DNA from: Phycisphaerae bacterium
GTDB taxonomy: Bacteria > Planctomycetota > Phycisphaerae > SM23-33
DNA: 64,000 nucleotides
Reading direction: 5' to 3'
Assembly (NCBI GenBank): GCA_049975485.1
Contig: JBNGDC010000004.1
Span: forward strand, 59,636-123,635
Shown: piece by piece, positions 19,376-30,138 of the stretch
Layout: each line of letters starts with the position of its first letter
How positions within the stretch are numbered: position 1 is the stretch's first letter
The notes under the pieces: generated by a model
Told to the model about the DNA's origin: nothing
The model's database searches: none
Seen by the model: the letters and a program-made list of their open reading frames with translations, nothing else
Made by a program: the position numbers and the translations under genes

Positions 19376-19987
19376 ATGAATTCCCGACAGGACCCCCGCA
19401 TGGAGTATTTCGATTCCCTCGCCGCCGACTGGGACCGCGAGGAACCGTCGGCCGATGAGATGGTCGCCGGTCTGTCCGCGCAGGCCGATTTGCTGAAGCT
19501 TCGCGCCGGTGAGGATCTGCTGGAGGTCGGCTGCGGCACGGGCAAGACCACCGGCTGGCTCGCCGGGCAGGTGGCTCCGGGGAGGGTGACGGCCATCGAT
19601 TTCTCACCAAAGATGATCGAGCAGGCCCGCGGAAAGTCCATCGACGCCGACTTCGCCTGCGTGGACGTCTGCGCCGACGACCTCGGCCGGGATGTTTACG
19701 ACGTAATCCTCTGCTTCCACAGCTTCCCGCACTTCCGCGACCAGCAGGCCGCCCTGCGGAATTTCGCCACGGCCATGAAACCTACCGGCCGACTCATCGT
19801 TATGCACCTTGTCGGCAGCGAACACCTCAACCAGTTCCACGCCTCACTTGCGGGAGCCGTAAGCGGCGACGCGCTGCCGGTGGGCGACGAGTGGACCGCC
19901 CTGCTCGACGCCGCCGGCTTGCGGCAGACAAAACACGTGGACCGACACGACCTGTTCTTCCTCGAGGCCGTGCTCAAGGCCGGTTAG
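19376..19987 (+). CDS. class I SAM-dependent methyltransferase
   Basis: Motif I LLEVGCGTGKTT. Start at MNSRQD (19376); the ORF track opens upstream at 19223. Confidence 0.75.
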   Translation: MNSRQDPRMEYFDSLAADWDREEPSADEMVAGLSAQADLLKLRAGEDLLEVGCGTGKTTGWLAGQVAPGRVTAIDFSPKMIEQARGKSIDADFACVDVCADDLGRDVYDVILCFHSFPHFRDQQAALRNFATAMKPTGRLIVMHLVGSEHLNQFHASLAGAVSGDALPVGDEWTALLDAAGLRQTKHVDRHDLFFLEAVLKAG

Positions 19988-20323
19988 AGTCGCCGCACGG
20001 CGCCCCGGCGTGCTGCCTTATTCCGCTGGTGTTGTGGTTGTTTCGTGGGTGCGGGAGGTTGGAAAACCTTGGTTTTCAAACTCTGTCGCTTACATAATGC
20101 CCGATTCCACAGGCAGGAGGGCGTCAGCAGACCAACCCGGCAAGCGACTGCAACGCAGGAACGCGCAGGTGTCCATGATTACGTGCGAGATTGCAGAATA
20201 CGACGTAGCCGGGCATTCGAGAGACCCGCTCGATGCCGGGACCTTCAGTTCTGAAGCCGCTTCCCGGTTGTGCAGCGAATGCGCGAAGCACGCAGCGGTA
20301 CCCGAGGGGCAAGGAAAAGCCCG

Positions 20324-22441
20324 ATGGGCTTAATCACGCTAGGTAACGACCGACTGGAACTGACCTTTGATTCGAAGACGGCCGCGCTGCTTGGCCTGCG
20401 ATGCCTGCAGACCGGCTGGGAGGCGATTGGGCGACCGGAACTCGGACTGTCGTTCGAGATGCTGGTGCCCACTCGAGCCAGCGAACAGCCGTGGCAACAC
20501 GGCGGCCGACGGAACAACCGCGTGTTCGGCGACCAGCAGCCCCCGGCACAGGTGGAAGTCTCGCCCGACTACCGGCATGCGAGCTTCGCCTGGGAGTCGC
20601 TTATTGACGAGCGAGGTGAGCGCCTCGGCGTCGGCTTGACCTTGGGGGTGTCCCTGGCGGATGAAGCAGCCGTTTTCCAGTGCACCATCAACAACCAATC
20701 GCCGTACGTGGTGGAGAACGCAATCTGGCCGTTCCTGGGAGACCTGCGGCCGCCGACGGGTGCGGACTTTCTGGAGCTTTTCGCGCCGGGATACTCCGAT
20801 CCGTCGCGGACATCGCTCTGGCCGATGTTTCGCAACCAGCACGGGTACTTTGGAGTCGACCATCCTTCCATGCTCCGCAAGAGTGCGTTCTGCCTTCTAC
20901 GCAGCGACCGGGAGGGGCTTTACTTCGGACGGGACTGCTCTGAGAACCTGCCGATGCTATGGCATGCCGAGCTGCGACCCGGCTATGCGTGTGCGATGCG
21001 AGAGCTTGTGCCCCGCAACGACACACTCGCCGGCAAGCCGGTGACAATGTGGTTCGGGGCGTCCCAACCGCCTTTCATTCAGCCGGGGCAGCGGAGGGAT
21101 CTGGCCCCCGTGGCGCTGTGTCCATATGAGGGCAGTTGGCAAGCAGGCGTTGACGTTCACCGCAACCGCCGGAGCTATCCACGCTCCGCCCAACAACCGC
21201 AATGGGTCAACGAGCCACACGCGTGGCTTCAAATCCAGATGAACTCGCCGGAGGATGAGTTGCGGTTCGCCTTCTCCGAACTGCCTGACGTGGCGGTCGA
21301 GTGTGCGGCCCACGGCGTGAAGGCGATTCAGTTGGTCGGCTGGAACGACGGAGGTCAGGATCAGGGCAATCCATCGCATGATCCCGACCCCCGCCTGGGT
21401 ACGCCGGAGGAACTTAAACAAGCCATCGCACGGTGCCACGAACTCGGGGTGAAGGTCGTGCTCTTCGCCAAGTTCACCTGGGCCGACCAGGCCACCCCTT
21501 GGTTCCGTGAGGAGCTGCACCGCTTCGCCATAAAGGACCCCTACGGCAATTACCCCATTCACAGCGGCTATCGCTACCAGACACAGACCCAGTTGGCCGA
21601 CGTCAACACCAAACGTCTGGTCCCCATGTGCTTCCTGTCTCAGGAGTACCTCGATCTGTGTCGGAAAGAGTTCCGCAAGATGGTTGACCTCGGTGCGGCC
21701 GGCATCCTCTATGACGAGAGCCAGCATCACGGACCGGCTTACCTGTGCTTTGACACCTCCCATGGTCACCGTCCGGGCGCCTATGTGCATTCGAATGACA
21801 ACCGGCTGATCGAGAACTTCTCTGGCGATGTGGACCCGGAGTTCCTGTTTGCCGGCGAAGCCTGCTACGACCAGGAGTTCGGAGTTTATCACCTGGCGTA
21901 CTTCCGCACCTGGAACGTTAATCACATTCCGTTCCAGCGGTACCTAAGACCGGACGCGAAGCTGATGACGGCCATCACCGGCTTCGACGACCGCAACATG
22001 ATTAACCAGTGCCTGCTGTACGGTTACATCCTCAGCTACGAGCCGTACAACTTCAAGGGCCGGTTGGGCGATTTCCCTGAAACGGTTGCGTATGGTCAGG
22101 CCATGGACGCCCTGCGTACGGAGTTGCGGGAGTGCCTCTGGGACGGGGAGTTTCGTCACGAGCTGGGTGCGAGCGTGACAACTGCCGCAGGTGATCCGCA
22201 CCACCCATATGCGGTCTGGAAACGCCGGGGCGACGGGCGGGCCGCTGTCGCAGTCGCCAATTACGAGATGGAACAAGCAGTGACCGTCGAAGCACGTCTG
22301 GACGACGGCACGGAGTTTTCCCGCTTCCGGATCGTGGGAGAGGGATGCTGGCGGAGTGTGGAAGGCGGAATCGAATTGCCGCCCATGTCGGCGGCCGTGA
22401 TCCTCCCGGGACACGCTGCATGGCCGCAATCACGTTCGTAG
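20324..22441 (+). CDS. putative glycoside hydrolase-like protein (TIM-barrel type, family not assignable by eye)
   Basis: 706-aa soluble protein. The central segment IQLVGWNDGGQDQGNPSHDPDPRLGTPEELKQAIARCHELGVKVVLF resembles GH-A-type catalytic barrels. No signal peptide. Confidence 0.5.
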   Translation: MGLITLGNDRLELTFDSKTAALLGLRCLQTGWEAIGRPELGLSFEMLVPTRASEQPWQHGGRRNNRVFGDQQPPAQVEVSPDYRHASFAWESLIDERGERLGVGLTLGVSLADEAAVFQCTINNQSPYVVENAIWPFLGDLRPPTGADFLELFAPGYSDPSRTSLWPMFRNQHGYFGVDHPSMLRKSAFCLLRSDREGLYFGRDCSENLPMLWHAELRPGYACAMRELVPRNDTLAGKPVTMWFGASQPPFIQPGQRRDLAPVALCPYEGSWQAGVDVHRNRRSYPRSAQQPQWVNEPHAWLQIQMNSPEDELRFAFSELPDVAVECAAHGVKAIQLVGWNDGGQDQGNPSHDPDPRLGTPEELKQAIARCHELGVKVVLFAKFTWADQATPWFREELHRFAIKDPYGNYPIHSGYRYQTQTQLADVNTKRLVPMCFLSQEYLDLCRKEFRKMVDLGAAGILYDESQHHGPAYLCFDTSHGHRPGAYVHSNDNRLIENFSGDVDPEFLFAGEACYDQEFGVYHLAYFRTWNVNHIPFQRYLRPDAKLMTAITGFDDRNMINQCLLYGYILSYEPYNFKGRLGDFPETVAYGQAMDALRTELRECLWDGEFRHELGASVTTAAGDPHHPYAVWKRRGDGRAAVAVANYEMEQAVTVEARLDDGTEFSRFRIVGEGCWRSVEGGIELPPMSAAVILPGHAAWPQSRS

Positions 22442-22545
22442 CTTGCCGTTCGGCTTGGCGTGCCGCATAATCCCGGCCTGCCGATGAGCGTCGGCCGTGC
22501 GAAATTCGCCCCTTACCTCGATGCAACGCCCAGGAGCATTTATCA

Positions 22546-24030
22546 ATGACGATGTGTAACATTCTCGATTACGGCGCCGTCGGCGACGGCAAGACCAAAA
22601 ACACAGAGCCATTTCGCAAGGCCGTCGAGGCCGCCGCCGAGCACGGCGGTACTGTGCTGGTACCGCCTGGGGAGTTCCTTACCGGCACGGTCGAGCTGAA
22701 AAGCCGCGTGACGCTGCACCTCGCCCAGGGCGCGAAGATACTCGGCTCCCCGGAGCTGTCGGACTACGCGACCCATAGTTGGGGCCATCACGACGACCGC
22801 ACGCCCTGGCATCTGATATTTGCCGAGGACGCCCATCACGTGAGCATCACCGGCGACGGCGAGATAAACGGCAACGGCAGCCATTACCACCACGGCGACC
22901 GTGAGCACGAATGGTCCTTCTACAAGGAAATACCCAACCGTCCCAGCCCGATGGTGGAAATCAGCCGATGCACCGACGTTCGTGTCGAGAACGTCCGCCT
23001 CTGCGACCCCGCCGGCTGGACGCTCCACCTGCACGACTGCGACCGCGCCTTCGTCCGCGGAATCACCATCGACAACTCGCTGTTCTGGCCGAACAGCGAC
23101 GGCATCGACCTCACCGGATGCCAGGACACCATCATCAGCGACTGCTACATACATACCGGCGACGACGCCATAGCCCTGAAGACCACCTCCGACAGCCAAG
23201 GCTGCGAACACATCACCGTGACCAACTGCGTGCTGGAAACTTCCTGCGCCGCGCTGCGGCTTGGGTTCGAATCCGACCAGGACTTCCGCAACTGCAGCTT
23301 CAGCAACATCACCATCAGGAACTGCTCGCGGGGGATAGACCTGGTCACGTTCGCCGGCGGCGACATCGAGAACATCAGCTTCTCCAACATCGTCGGGCGG
23401 TGCATGAGCGGCTGGCTGCTGGACCGTCCCATCGAAATCTACTGCTCCATCACCAACGAGCCGTACAAGGTCCGCATCCCCGAGCACCCAAATTACGGCA
23501 AGACCTACCCGGACATGCCGCCGGGCAGGATCCGCGGGATAACCGTGACCAATTTCGACCTGGAGACCTGCGGCCGCATCATGATGGCCGCCGACGAGAA
23601 CGCCACCGTCGAGGACATCTCGCTGGACCACGTCCGGCTGCGTTATCCCATGATTGACGACCCCCAGCCCATCGGCAAACGGGCCGGCGGGAAATCCTTC
23701 TTCGCAAACGTGGAGGGCGTGAGGTCGGCGCGGGCCGCACTGGCCGCCGAGAACGTCCGCGACCTCCGCGTGCGAGACTATCGCGTCCATTGGCCGACCT
23801 ACCCGGTGGACGTCGAGAAGGTGGAGCTTCTCCGTTCGCCCAACCGCATGGGCAACCCGGAGTACTACGAGGACATGGAAGCGGTCATAAGCGGCAGTTC
23901 CGCTCCGCCGTTTGCCGCCGCCTGGCTGCGGAACGTTACCGGACTTCTGGAAGCTCGAGGGCTGCGCCCATCGGCCGAGGGGGCGGAACCCCTTGCAATC
24001 CGGGGCGGGGACGTGGAAATCAAGCCGTAG
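22546..24030 (+). CDS. glycoside hydrolase family 28-like (polygalacturonase/pectin-lyase fold), cytoplasmic
   Basis: ILDYGAVGDGKT start typical of GH28. PNSDGIDL (NTD-type) and HTGDDAIALK (G/DD) motifs. Parallel beta-helix repeats. No signal peptide. Confidence 0.75.
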   Translation: MTMCNILDYGAVGDGKTKNTEPFRKAVEAAAEHGGTVLVPPGEFLTGTVELKSRVTLHLAQGAKILGSPELSDYATHSWGHHDDRTPWHLIFAEDAHHVSITGDGEINGNGSHYHHGDREHEWSFYKEIPNRPSPMVEISRCTDVRVENVRLCDPAGWTLHLHDCDRAFVRGITIDNSLFWPNSDGIDLTGCQDTIISDCYIHTGDDAIALKTTSDSQGCEHITVTNCVLETSCAALRLGFESDQDFRNCSFSNITIRNCSRGIDLVTFAGGDIENISFSNIVGRCMSGWLLDRPIEIYCSITNEPYKVRIPEHPNYGKTYPDMPPGRIRGITVTNFDLETCGRIMMAADENATVEDISLDHVRLRYPMIDDPQPIGKRAGGKSFFANVEGVRSARAALAAENVRDLRVRDYRVHWPTYPVDVEKVELLRSPNRMGNPEYYEDMEAVISGSSAPPFAAAWLRNVTGLLEARGLRPSAEGAEPLAIRGGDVEIKP

Positions 24031-24236
24031 GACGGGTCATGCCCGGAGATTGCCAAGACAGTTGCGGTCGATGCGATCAGTCTGGGGGCGTGTCCGGCCG
24101 GCGAGGTCGTAGAACTGCTCGTTGGTGAACCGTTCGAGCGTCTTCACCCGCAGCGGCTGACGGTTGAGCCGCCGCCTTCGACCGTCGGCGCTGAGTTTGA
24201 TTGCCTCCTACACGCTGGCCATGTCCACCTCGGTGC

Positions 24237-25820
24237 TCAGCGTGTCTCGGTGACGTCGCCCGACAGACCCCGCCGCGCCAGCAGAGAACCCTCGGCGCGG
24301 TAAAGCTCGATGCGCGCGGTGAGGTAGTTTATCTGTGCCTCTACTTCGGCGACGCGGCTCTGCAGCAGGTCGCGCTGGGCCGCCGCCACCAGAAAGGCCG
24401 TTGAGTTGCCCACCCGAAACTTTGCGGTCTCTGCCCGTACCTTCTCCTCCTGCGCCTGACGTGTGGCGGCCGTTGCGTGCACCTGCTGCAACGTGCGGTT
24501 GACCTCTATTACAGCCAGCTCCACGTCGTGCGTCACAAGGTCGCGAAGGTTCTCCAAAGCTCTCTGTCTCTGAGTGACGGTCATGGCCGCGCGGCGGTGG
24601 CGGGCCTGTTCGGCGCGTCGCTGCGGCGCGTCGCTCAGCGACAGTCCTACGAACATGTCATATCCGTCGTCCGGAAGATCGCTGACCGATTGGCCGAAAG
24701 AATCCGCATAGCCGGTCTTGCCGAGCGAGATAAACAGGTCCATTTTCGGCAGCAGGCCGTTGCGTGTCTTGACGACCTCCAGCTCTCCGCGCTGGAGTTG
24801 CAGTTGGGCCTCCTTGAGTTCCGGGCGCATTGCCAGGGCGACCTGAATGTGGCGGTCGAGTTTCTCGACCGGCGTCGGCGGCACGGTAGGGGCGGTAACG
24901 GTTCGAACCTCGGATTTTTCGGTCCGCAACATTTGCGGGTTGATGAGTCGCAGAAGCCGAACTCGCAGACTGGATATCTCGCTGCGGGCGTTGATGAGGG
25001 CTTCCTTCCGCAGGGCTACTTCCGCTTCGGCGGCCGCCAGCTCGGTTTCGGCCAGTTGCCCGACACGGATGCGGTGATTGGTGTCCTCCAACTGCTGTTC
25101 CGCGAGCCGCAGCGACTCGGTGACTATCTCCTCCCGCCTGACGGCCAGCACGAGCCGCCAGTAGGTGTTCTCCACTTCCTCTACCAGTGCCTCGGCGAAC
25201 CCGCGGAACTCATACGCCGACAGCGCCGCGTCCACGCGCGCCTGGCGGACATCGGCAAGATTGGCGGCTACGCTTCTGCCCTCCAGCAGGGCCTGTGTTA
25301 CGCTCAGGCCGACGCGTGTTGCATGCCGGTCATCGCCCGACGTGCCCCAGTTCCGCTCGGTGGAGGCCTCCACGCCGACGGACGTCCCGGTCGGCAGGTC
25401 GCGCGACAGACCCAGCTCCGCTCCGGTTTGACTGCTGCGAATGCTGTTGGCGGAGGAGTTCTCGATCCGTTCGCGACCGGCGAACACATCGGCGCTGAAG
25501 ACAGGATCAAAGGCCGCCAGCTCCTGTTCGATAAACGTGCGGCTGATTTCCGGCTCCAGTCGCTCGACGTGCAACTCGCGGTTGTTTTCCATCGCCATCA
25601 GCACCGCTTGCTCGATGGTCAGCTCGAGCGGTTCGTCGGGCCGGTCACTGTCGGGCGTTCCGGTCCCGGCGTCCGGCTCGGCAGTCTGTTCCAGAGGCGG
25701 TTCGAGCTTCGGCAAGTCCACCGACGGACGCCAGTCATCGGTCCATTGCGAGCAGGAGCAAAGCCCCGTCGTCATAACAGTCAGCAGAAGCATGAATACC
25801 TTCAGAGGGGCGACTCTCAC
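24237..25820 (-). CDS. RND efflux outer membrane factor (TolC family)
   Basis: Signal peptide plus lipobox-like LCSCS. Paired coiled-coil/beta-barrel repeat organisation. Last gene of the efflux operon; 4-nt overlap with the RND pump. Confidence 0.85.
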   Translation of the reverse strand: MRVAPLKVFMLLLTVMTTGLCSCSQWTDDWRPSVDLPKLEPPLEQTAEPDAGTGTPDSDRPDEPLELTIEQAVLMAMENNRELHVERLEPEISRTFIEQELAAFDPVFSADVFAGRERIENSSANSIRSSQTGAELGLSRDLPTGTSVGVEASTERNWGTSGDDRHATRVGLSVTQALLEGRSVAANLADVRQARVDAALSAYEFRGFAEALVEEVENTYWRLVLAVRREEIVTESLRLAEQQLEDTNHRIRVGQLAETELAAAEAEVALRKEALINARSEISSLRVRLLRLINPQMLRTEKSEVRTVTAPTVPPTPVEKLDRHIQVALAMRPELKEAQLQLQRGELEVVKTRNGLLPKMDLFISLGKTGYADSFGQSVSDLPDDGYDMFVGLSLSDAPQRRAEQARHRRAAMTVTQRQRALENLRDLVTHDVELAVIEVNRTLQQVHATAATRQAQEEKVRAETAKFRVGNSTAFLVAAAQRDLLQSRVAEVEAQINYLTARIELYRAEGSLLARRGLSGDVTETR

Positions 25821-28800
25821 TGCAGGGCCTCCGATGCGTGGGCGTTTGACGGTTCGCCCCGGCCATGGACGCGGAGCTTCCGCTCGAACAGGGAATAGAC
25901 CACCGGCACGACCACCAGCGTAATCAGCGTGCTGCTGAGCAGCCCGCCGATAACCGCTCTGGCCATGGGCGCCTGCGCCTCTCCGCCCTCGCCCAGTCCC
26001 AGAGCCAGGGGTGTCAGGCCGAATACGGTCGTAAAGGCCGTCATGAGGATCGGCCGAAGCCGCCGCCGCCCCGCCTCCTCGATGGCGTCGCGCAGCGGCA
26101 TTCCGTCGCGGCGGCGCAGCAGGTTGGTGTAGTCCACCAGCAGGATGGCGTTGTTGACGACGATGCCGCCGAGCATGATTCCGCCGATGTACGATTGCAT
26201 GTTGAGGGTCGTGCGCGTCACAAGCAGCATCAGCACAACGCCGATTACCGCCAGCGGCACGGAGAACATCACCACGAACGGGTCGCGCAGACTTTCGTAA
26301 AGGCAGGCCATCACAATATAAACCAACACCAGCGACAGTATCAGCCCTACCAGCAGCTCACCGAAGGCCTCCTGCTGCTCCTCGTAGTCGCCACCGAACT
26401 CGATACTGAAACCGCGCGGTGTGGGCAACTCGGCCAGGCGTTGGCGAATATCCCCCAGGACCGAGCCGAGGTCCCGGTCGGCGATATTGGCCTGGACGGC
26501 GGTGGTGCGCTCCTGGTCGCGACGCTCAATCTGTACGGGACCGGCGCGAGGCGCGACGCTGACGACGTTGCGAAGCACCACCGGTTCGCCTTCGGCGTTG
26601 GTGACGGTCATGTCCAGCAGCTCCCGCAGCTTCAGAAGCTCGGCGTCGGCCACCTGAACGCGGATGGCGTATTCATCGCCGCCCTGGCGGTAGTAGCTGG
26701 CACGCGTTCCGGACAGAACCGTCTGGAGCATCTCCGCCACGTCGCGCACGGCGACCCGCATGCTCTCGGCCTTTTCGCGGTCCACCTGCATGATCCGCTC
26801 CGGAGCGCCCACGTCGCGGGTAATCTGCGCGTCGGTCACGCCCGGCACGCTCTGGACTATCTCGAGCACGCGCTGAGCCAGTCGGTCGCCGGTTTCCAGG
26901 TCATAGCCGCGTATTTCGACCTCCACGCGTTCGGTGCCGCCGCCCATCGCCCGGCTGAGCAGGAACAACCCCTGCCCGGCGCGTGTGCGGATGGTGGCGC
27001 CGGGGATGTCCGCGAGGCGGCGGCGGAGATCGGCGGCCACCTGTTCACTGGAACGCTTGCGCTGGTCCTGCGGTTTGAGTGAAATCCGCATATTGCCCAT
27101 GTGCGACGCCGCTACCCGACGCATGCCCCCGCCGACCATGGCCACTGCGCTGTCCAGCTCGTCGCCGATTTCGTCCTCCACGATGGCTTCTATTTTCCGC
27201 ATGGTCCTGTCGAGTACGTCCAGTCGCGTGCCCACCTCCATTTCGACGTCCACGCGCACCTCGCCCTCGTCGGCCTGGGGCATCAGTTCGGTGCCCACCA
27301 GTGGGACCAGTGCGACGCTCCCGGCCAGCATCGCCGCGGCTACCAGCACCACCAGCAGCCGATGGTTCAGCGCGAAATGCAGCAGCGACTTGTAGCCCGA
27401 CTCCAGTTGCTCAAACGCCTTGCCGGTTACGCGATAGGTTTTGTGGGAAAAGCTCTCGTTCTGATAGGCGTCGGGATTTGTGGGTCGCAGCAATTTGGCC
27501 GACAACATGGGGATAAGCGTCATGGCCACGCCCAGAGAGCACAATAAGGCGAAACTGACCACGAAGGCGAGTTGTTTGAACATCTCGCCGGCCATGCCGC
27601 GCACGAAAACCAGGGGCAGGAAGATTGCCAGTGTCGTCAAGGTGCTGGCGATGATGGCGCCGGTGACCTCCTCGGTGCCCTGTATGGCGGATTCTTCGGC
27701 CGTCAGGCCCCGGTCGCGCATGCGGGTGATGTTTTCCAGCACCACGATGGCGTTGTCCACCAGCATGCCCACGCCCAGCGCCAGTCCTCCGAGCGTCATA
27801 AGGTTCAGCGTGAACCCGCCGAAGTAAATCAGTGTGAACGTGGCGATTATGGACACGGGAATGACCGCCGAGATGATGGCTGTGCTGCGTATGTTGCGGA
27901 GGAACACCAGCAGAACAAGAACCGCGAAGGCGCCGCCGTACAAGGCCGTGTAACCGACATTGGTTATGGACCGCTGGATGTACTCGGAGGTATCGATAAT
28001 CGGCGTCAGGCGGATCTGAGGGATCTCCTCGTTGATTCGGTTCACCTCGGCCAGTACGCGCCGGGCGACATCCACCGTGTTGGTCCCGGACTGCTTGTTC
28101 ACCGACAGTCGAAGCCCGTTCTGTCCGTTCACACGGACGATTCTGCGGACCCGGGCCCAGCCGTCGCGGATGTCGGCTATTTCCGAAAGGCGTATCGGCG
28201 AGCCGTCGCGCACGGTGACGGTCGTGTTGCGCAGCTCGTCAAGGTCGGTGAACTCTCCCGGAGTCCGGACCGTAAGCTCGAGGTTGCCGTCCTCGATAAA
28301 GCCCGCCGGCAGTGTGATATTGGCGCGTTTTATGGCGTCGACAACCTGCTGCAGCGGTATTTCCTGCGCGCGGAGCTTGTCCGGGTTGATGTTGACGTGG
28401 ATTTCACGATCCAGTCCGCCCCAGACGTCCATCACGGCCACTCCGGGGACACGCTCTACTCGGTACTTCACCTCGTCGTCTATGAGTTGCCTGGTCTGGA
28501 CGGGGTCCAGTCCGCTGGAGGCGCCCATGATGAGGATGGGAAACGCCGACGGGTCGAACTTCCACAGCGAGGGGCGGTCCGCGTCTTCCGGCAGGCGGGG
28601 AATAACCCTGTCCAGCCGGTCGCGGACGTCGTTGGCGGCGGCATCGAGGTTCGTACCCCACGAGAAGCTTACCCGAACACTGCTGCTGCCCTCCGAGGAG
28701 ACCGATGAAACCTCCTCCACTCCGGGCACGGCGCTCATGGCCTCCTCGATGGGGCGGGTGATAAGCTCCTCAATCTCCTCCGGGCTGGCGTTCTCGTAGG

Positions 28801-28948
28801 ACGTGGAAATGCCGAGCGTCGGGTAGGTGATGTCGGGCATCAGGTCCACCGGAAGACGCGACAGCGCGATGCCGCCGAGGATGACCACGCTCAGGGTGGC
28901 CATCATCGTGAACACAGGCCTGTGAACCGAAAACGGGGCTATCCTCAC
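25817..28948 (-). CDS. RND family efflux transporter permease (AcrB/HAE1-like)
   Basis: 1043 aa with 12-TM two-fold repeat architecture. AcrB-like N-terminus [25 protein letters not shown]. Confidence 0.95.
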   Translation of the reverse strand: MRIAPFSVHRPVFTMMATLSVVILGGIALSRLPVDLMPDITYPTLGISTSYENASPEEIEELITRPIEEAMSAVPGVEEVSSVSSEGSSSVRVSFSWGTNLDAAANDVRDRLDRVIPRLPEDADRPSLWKFDPSAFPILIMGASSGLDPVQTRQLIDDEVKYRVERVPGVAVMDVWGGLDREIHVNINPDKLRAQEIPLQQVVDAIKRANITLPAGFIEDGNLELTVRTPGEFTDLDELRNTTVTVRDGSPIRLSEIADIRDGWARVRRIVRVNGQNGLRLSVNKQSGTNTVDVARRVLAEVNRINEEIPQIRLTPIIDTSEYIQRSITNVGYTALYGGAFAVLVLLVFLRNIRSTAIISAVIPVSIIATFTLIYFGGFTLNLMTLGGLALGVGMLVDNAIVVLENITRMRDRGLTAEESAIQGTEEVTGAIIASTLTTLAIFLPLVFVRGMAGEMFKQLAFVVSFALLCSLGVAMTLIPMLSAKLLRPTNPDAYQNESFSHKTYRVTGKAFEQLESGYKSLLHFALNHRLLVVLVAAAMLAGSVALVPLVGTELMPQADEGEVRVDVEMEVGTRLDVLDRTMRKIEAIVEDEIGDELDSAVAMVGGGMRRVAASHMGNMRISLKPQDQRKRSSEQVAADLRRRLADIPGATIRTRAGQGLFLLSRAMGGGTERVEVEIRGYDLETGDRLAQRVLEIVQSVPGVTDAQITRDVGAPERIMQVDREKAESMRVAVRDVAEMLQTVLSGTRASYYRQGGDEYAIRVQVADAELLKLRELLDMTVTNAEGEPVVLRNVVSVAPRAGPVQIERRDQERTTAVQANIADRDLGSVLGDIRQRLAELPTPRGFSIEFGGDYEEQQEAFGELLVGLILSLVLVYIVMACLYESLRDPFVVMFSVPLAVIGVVLMLLVTRTTLNMQSYIGGIMLGGIVVNNAILLVDYTNLLRRRDGMPLRDAIEEAGRRRLRPILMTAFTTVFGLTPLALGLGEGGEAQAPMARAVIGGLLSSTLITLVVVPVVYSLFERKLRVHGRGEPSNAHASEALQ

Positions 28949-30138
28949 GGCCTGGCCCCTCCGGTGTCGCCCTGTGTCCCGGTATCGCTGCCCACTACGG
29001 TCACATCAGCGCCGTCTTCCAGCAGATGGTGTCCCAGGGTAACCACCTCGCCCGTCAGCTCCGGTTCGACAATCTCCACCCACGGGCCTTCGGAAATGCC
29101 CGTGGTAACTCGCACAAAGCTTACCTTTTTGCCTTCACCACCGACGACGAAGACGCCTTGTTGCCCGTTTCGTCTGCTCAGGGCGGCCGAGGGAATGGCG
29201 ACGGCGTCCTCGTGCATTTCAAGCTCGATATTGACCCGCACGAACATACCCGGCGCGAGCAGATGCTCGCTGTTGGGTATCTCCACTTCGACCCGCCCCT
29301 GGCGGGACTGCTCCCGCAGGACAGGCGCCTTGCGGGCGACCAGACCGGTAAAGGTCCTTTCCGGGCGGGCGTCCGAGTGCACGGTGGCCTCCTGCCCGAC
29401 GTCTATGTGCGGATAGTCCCGCTCGATTGCGTATATCACGGCGGTTACCGGATCGATGTCCACGATGGAGACTATCGGGTCATTGGCGCGGAGCATGGTG
29501 CCGGCGTCCACGTAACGCTGGGCGACCAGTCGCGGGCTTTCATCGCCTGTCCAGGTGGCGTGGATGCGTGTGTAGGACTGACGCACACGGGCCGCTTCGA
29601 GCGCGGCCTGGCGCTGCTTTATCTGCGCCTGGTCCACTTGATGACGTGCGACGGCGGCCTCGTACTTCGCGCGGGCCTGGTCCAGGTCCGACTCGGAGAT
29701 GACTCTTTCCTCGCGGAGCTGCTGCGCCCGTTCGAAATCCCTGCGGGCCAGGTCCAGATTGCTGCGTGAGTCGGCGAGGTTCGCCTCGGCGACCTGAAGC
29801 TCCGCGGTCGCCTGCGCGACGTCCTGGTCGTACTCGGCGCTGTCGAGCACTGCTATCAAATCACCGTTTCGGACCATGTCCCCGATGTTGACGGCCAATT
29901 CCTCCAGTCGCCCGCTGACCTTGGGTGCGACCACGACGTGGCTGTCGGGAATCAGCGTGCCGGTGAACTGCGCTACGTTGTGGATGTTACGCCGGACGAC
30001 CGGATGCGTTTCGACGGCGACGGCCCGGCGACCGGGCCCGCCGGGCAAATCCGGTTGCTCCGTTGCCCGCTGGTATATCAGCCAGCCCAGAGCGCCTATG
30101 ACGGCCAGGGCGATTACGCCGGCGATGAGTCGTTTCAT
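28945..30138 (-). CDS. RND efflux periplasmic adaptor (membrane fusion protein, HlyD family)
   Basis: N-terminal anchor, coiled-coil hairpin (QAQIKQRQAALEAARV), barrel-sandwich and beta-roll segments. 4-nt overlaps on both sides. Confidence 0.9.
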   Translation of the reverse strand: MKRLIAGVIALAVIGALGWLIYQRATEQPDLPGGPGRRAVAVETHPVVRRNIHNVAQFTGTLIPDSHVVVAPKVSGRLEELAVNIGDMVRNGDLIAVLDSAEYDQDVAQATAELQVAEANLADSRSNLDLARRDFERAQQLREERVISESDLDQARAKYEAAVARHQVDQAQIKQRQAALEAARVRQSYTRIHATWTGDESPRLVAQRYVDAGTMLRANDPIVSIVDIDPVTAVIYAIERDYPHIDVGQEATVHSDARPERTFTGLVARKAPVLREQSRQGRVEVEIPNSEHLLAPGMFVRVNIELEMHEDAVAIPSAALSRRNGQQGVFVVGGEGKKVSFVRVTTGISEGPWVEIVEPELTGEVVTLGHHLLEDGADVTVVGSDTGTQGDTGGARP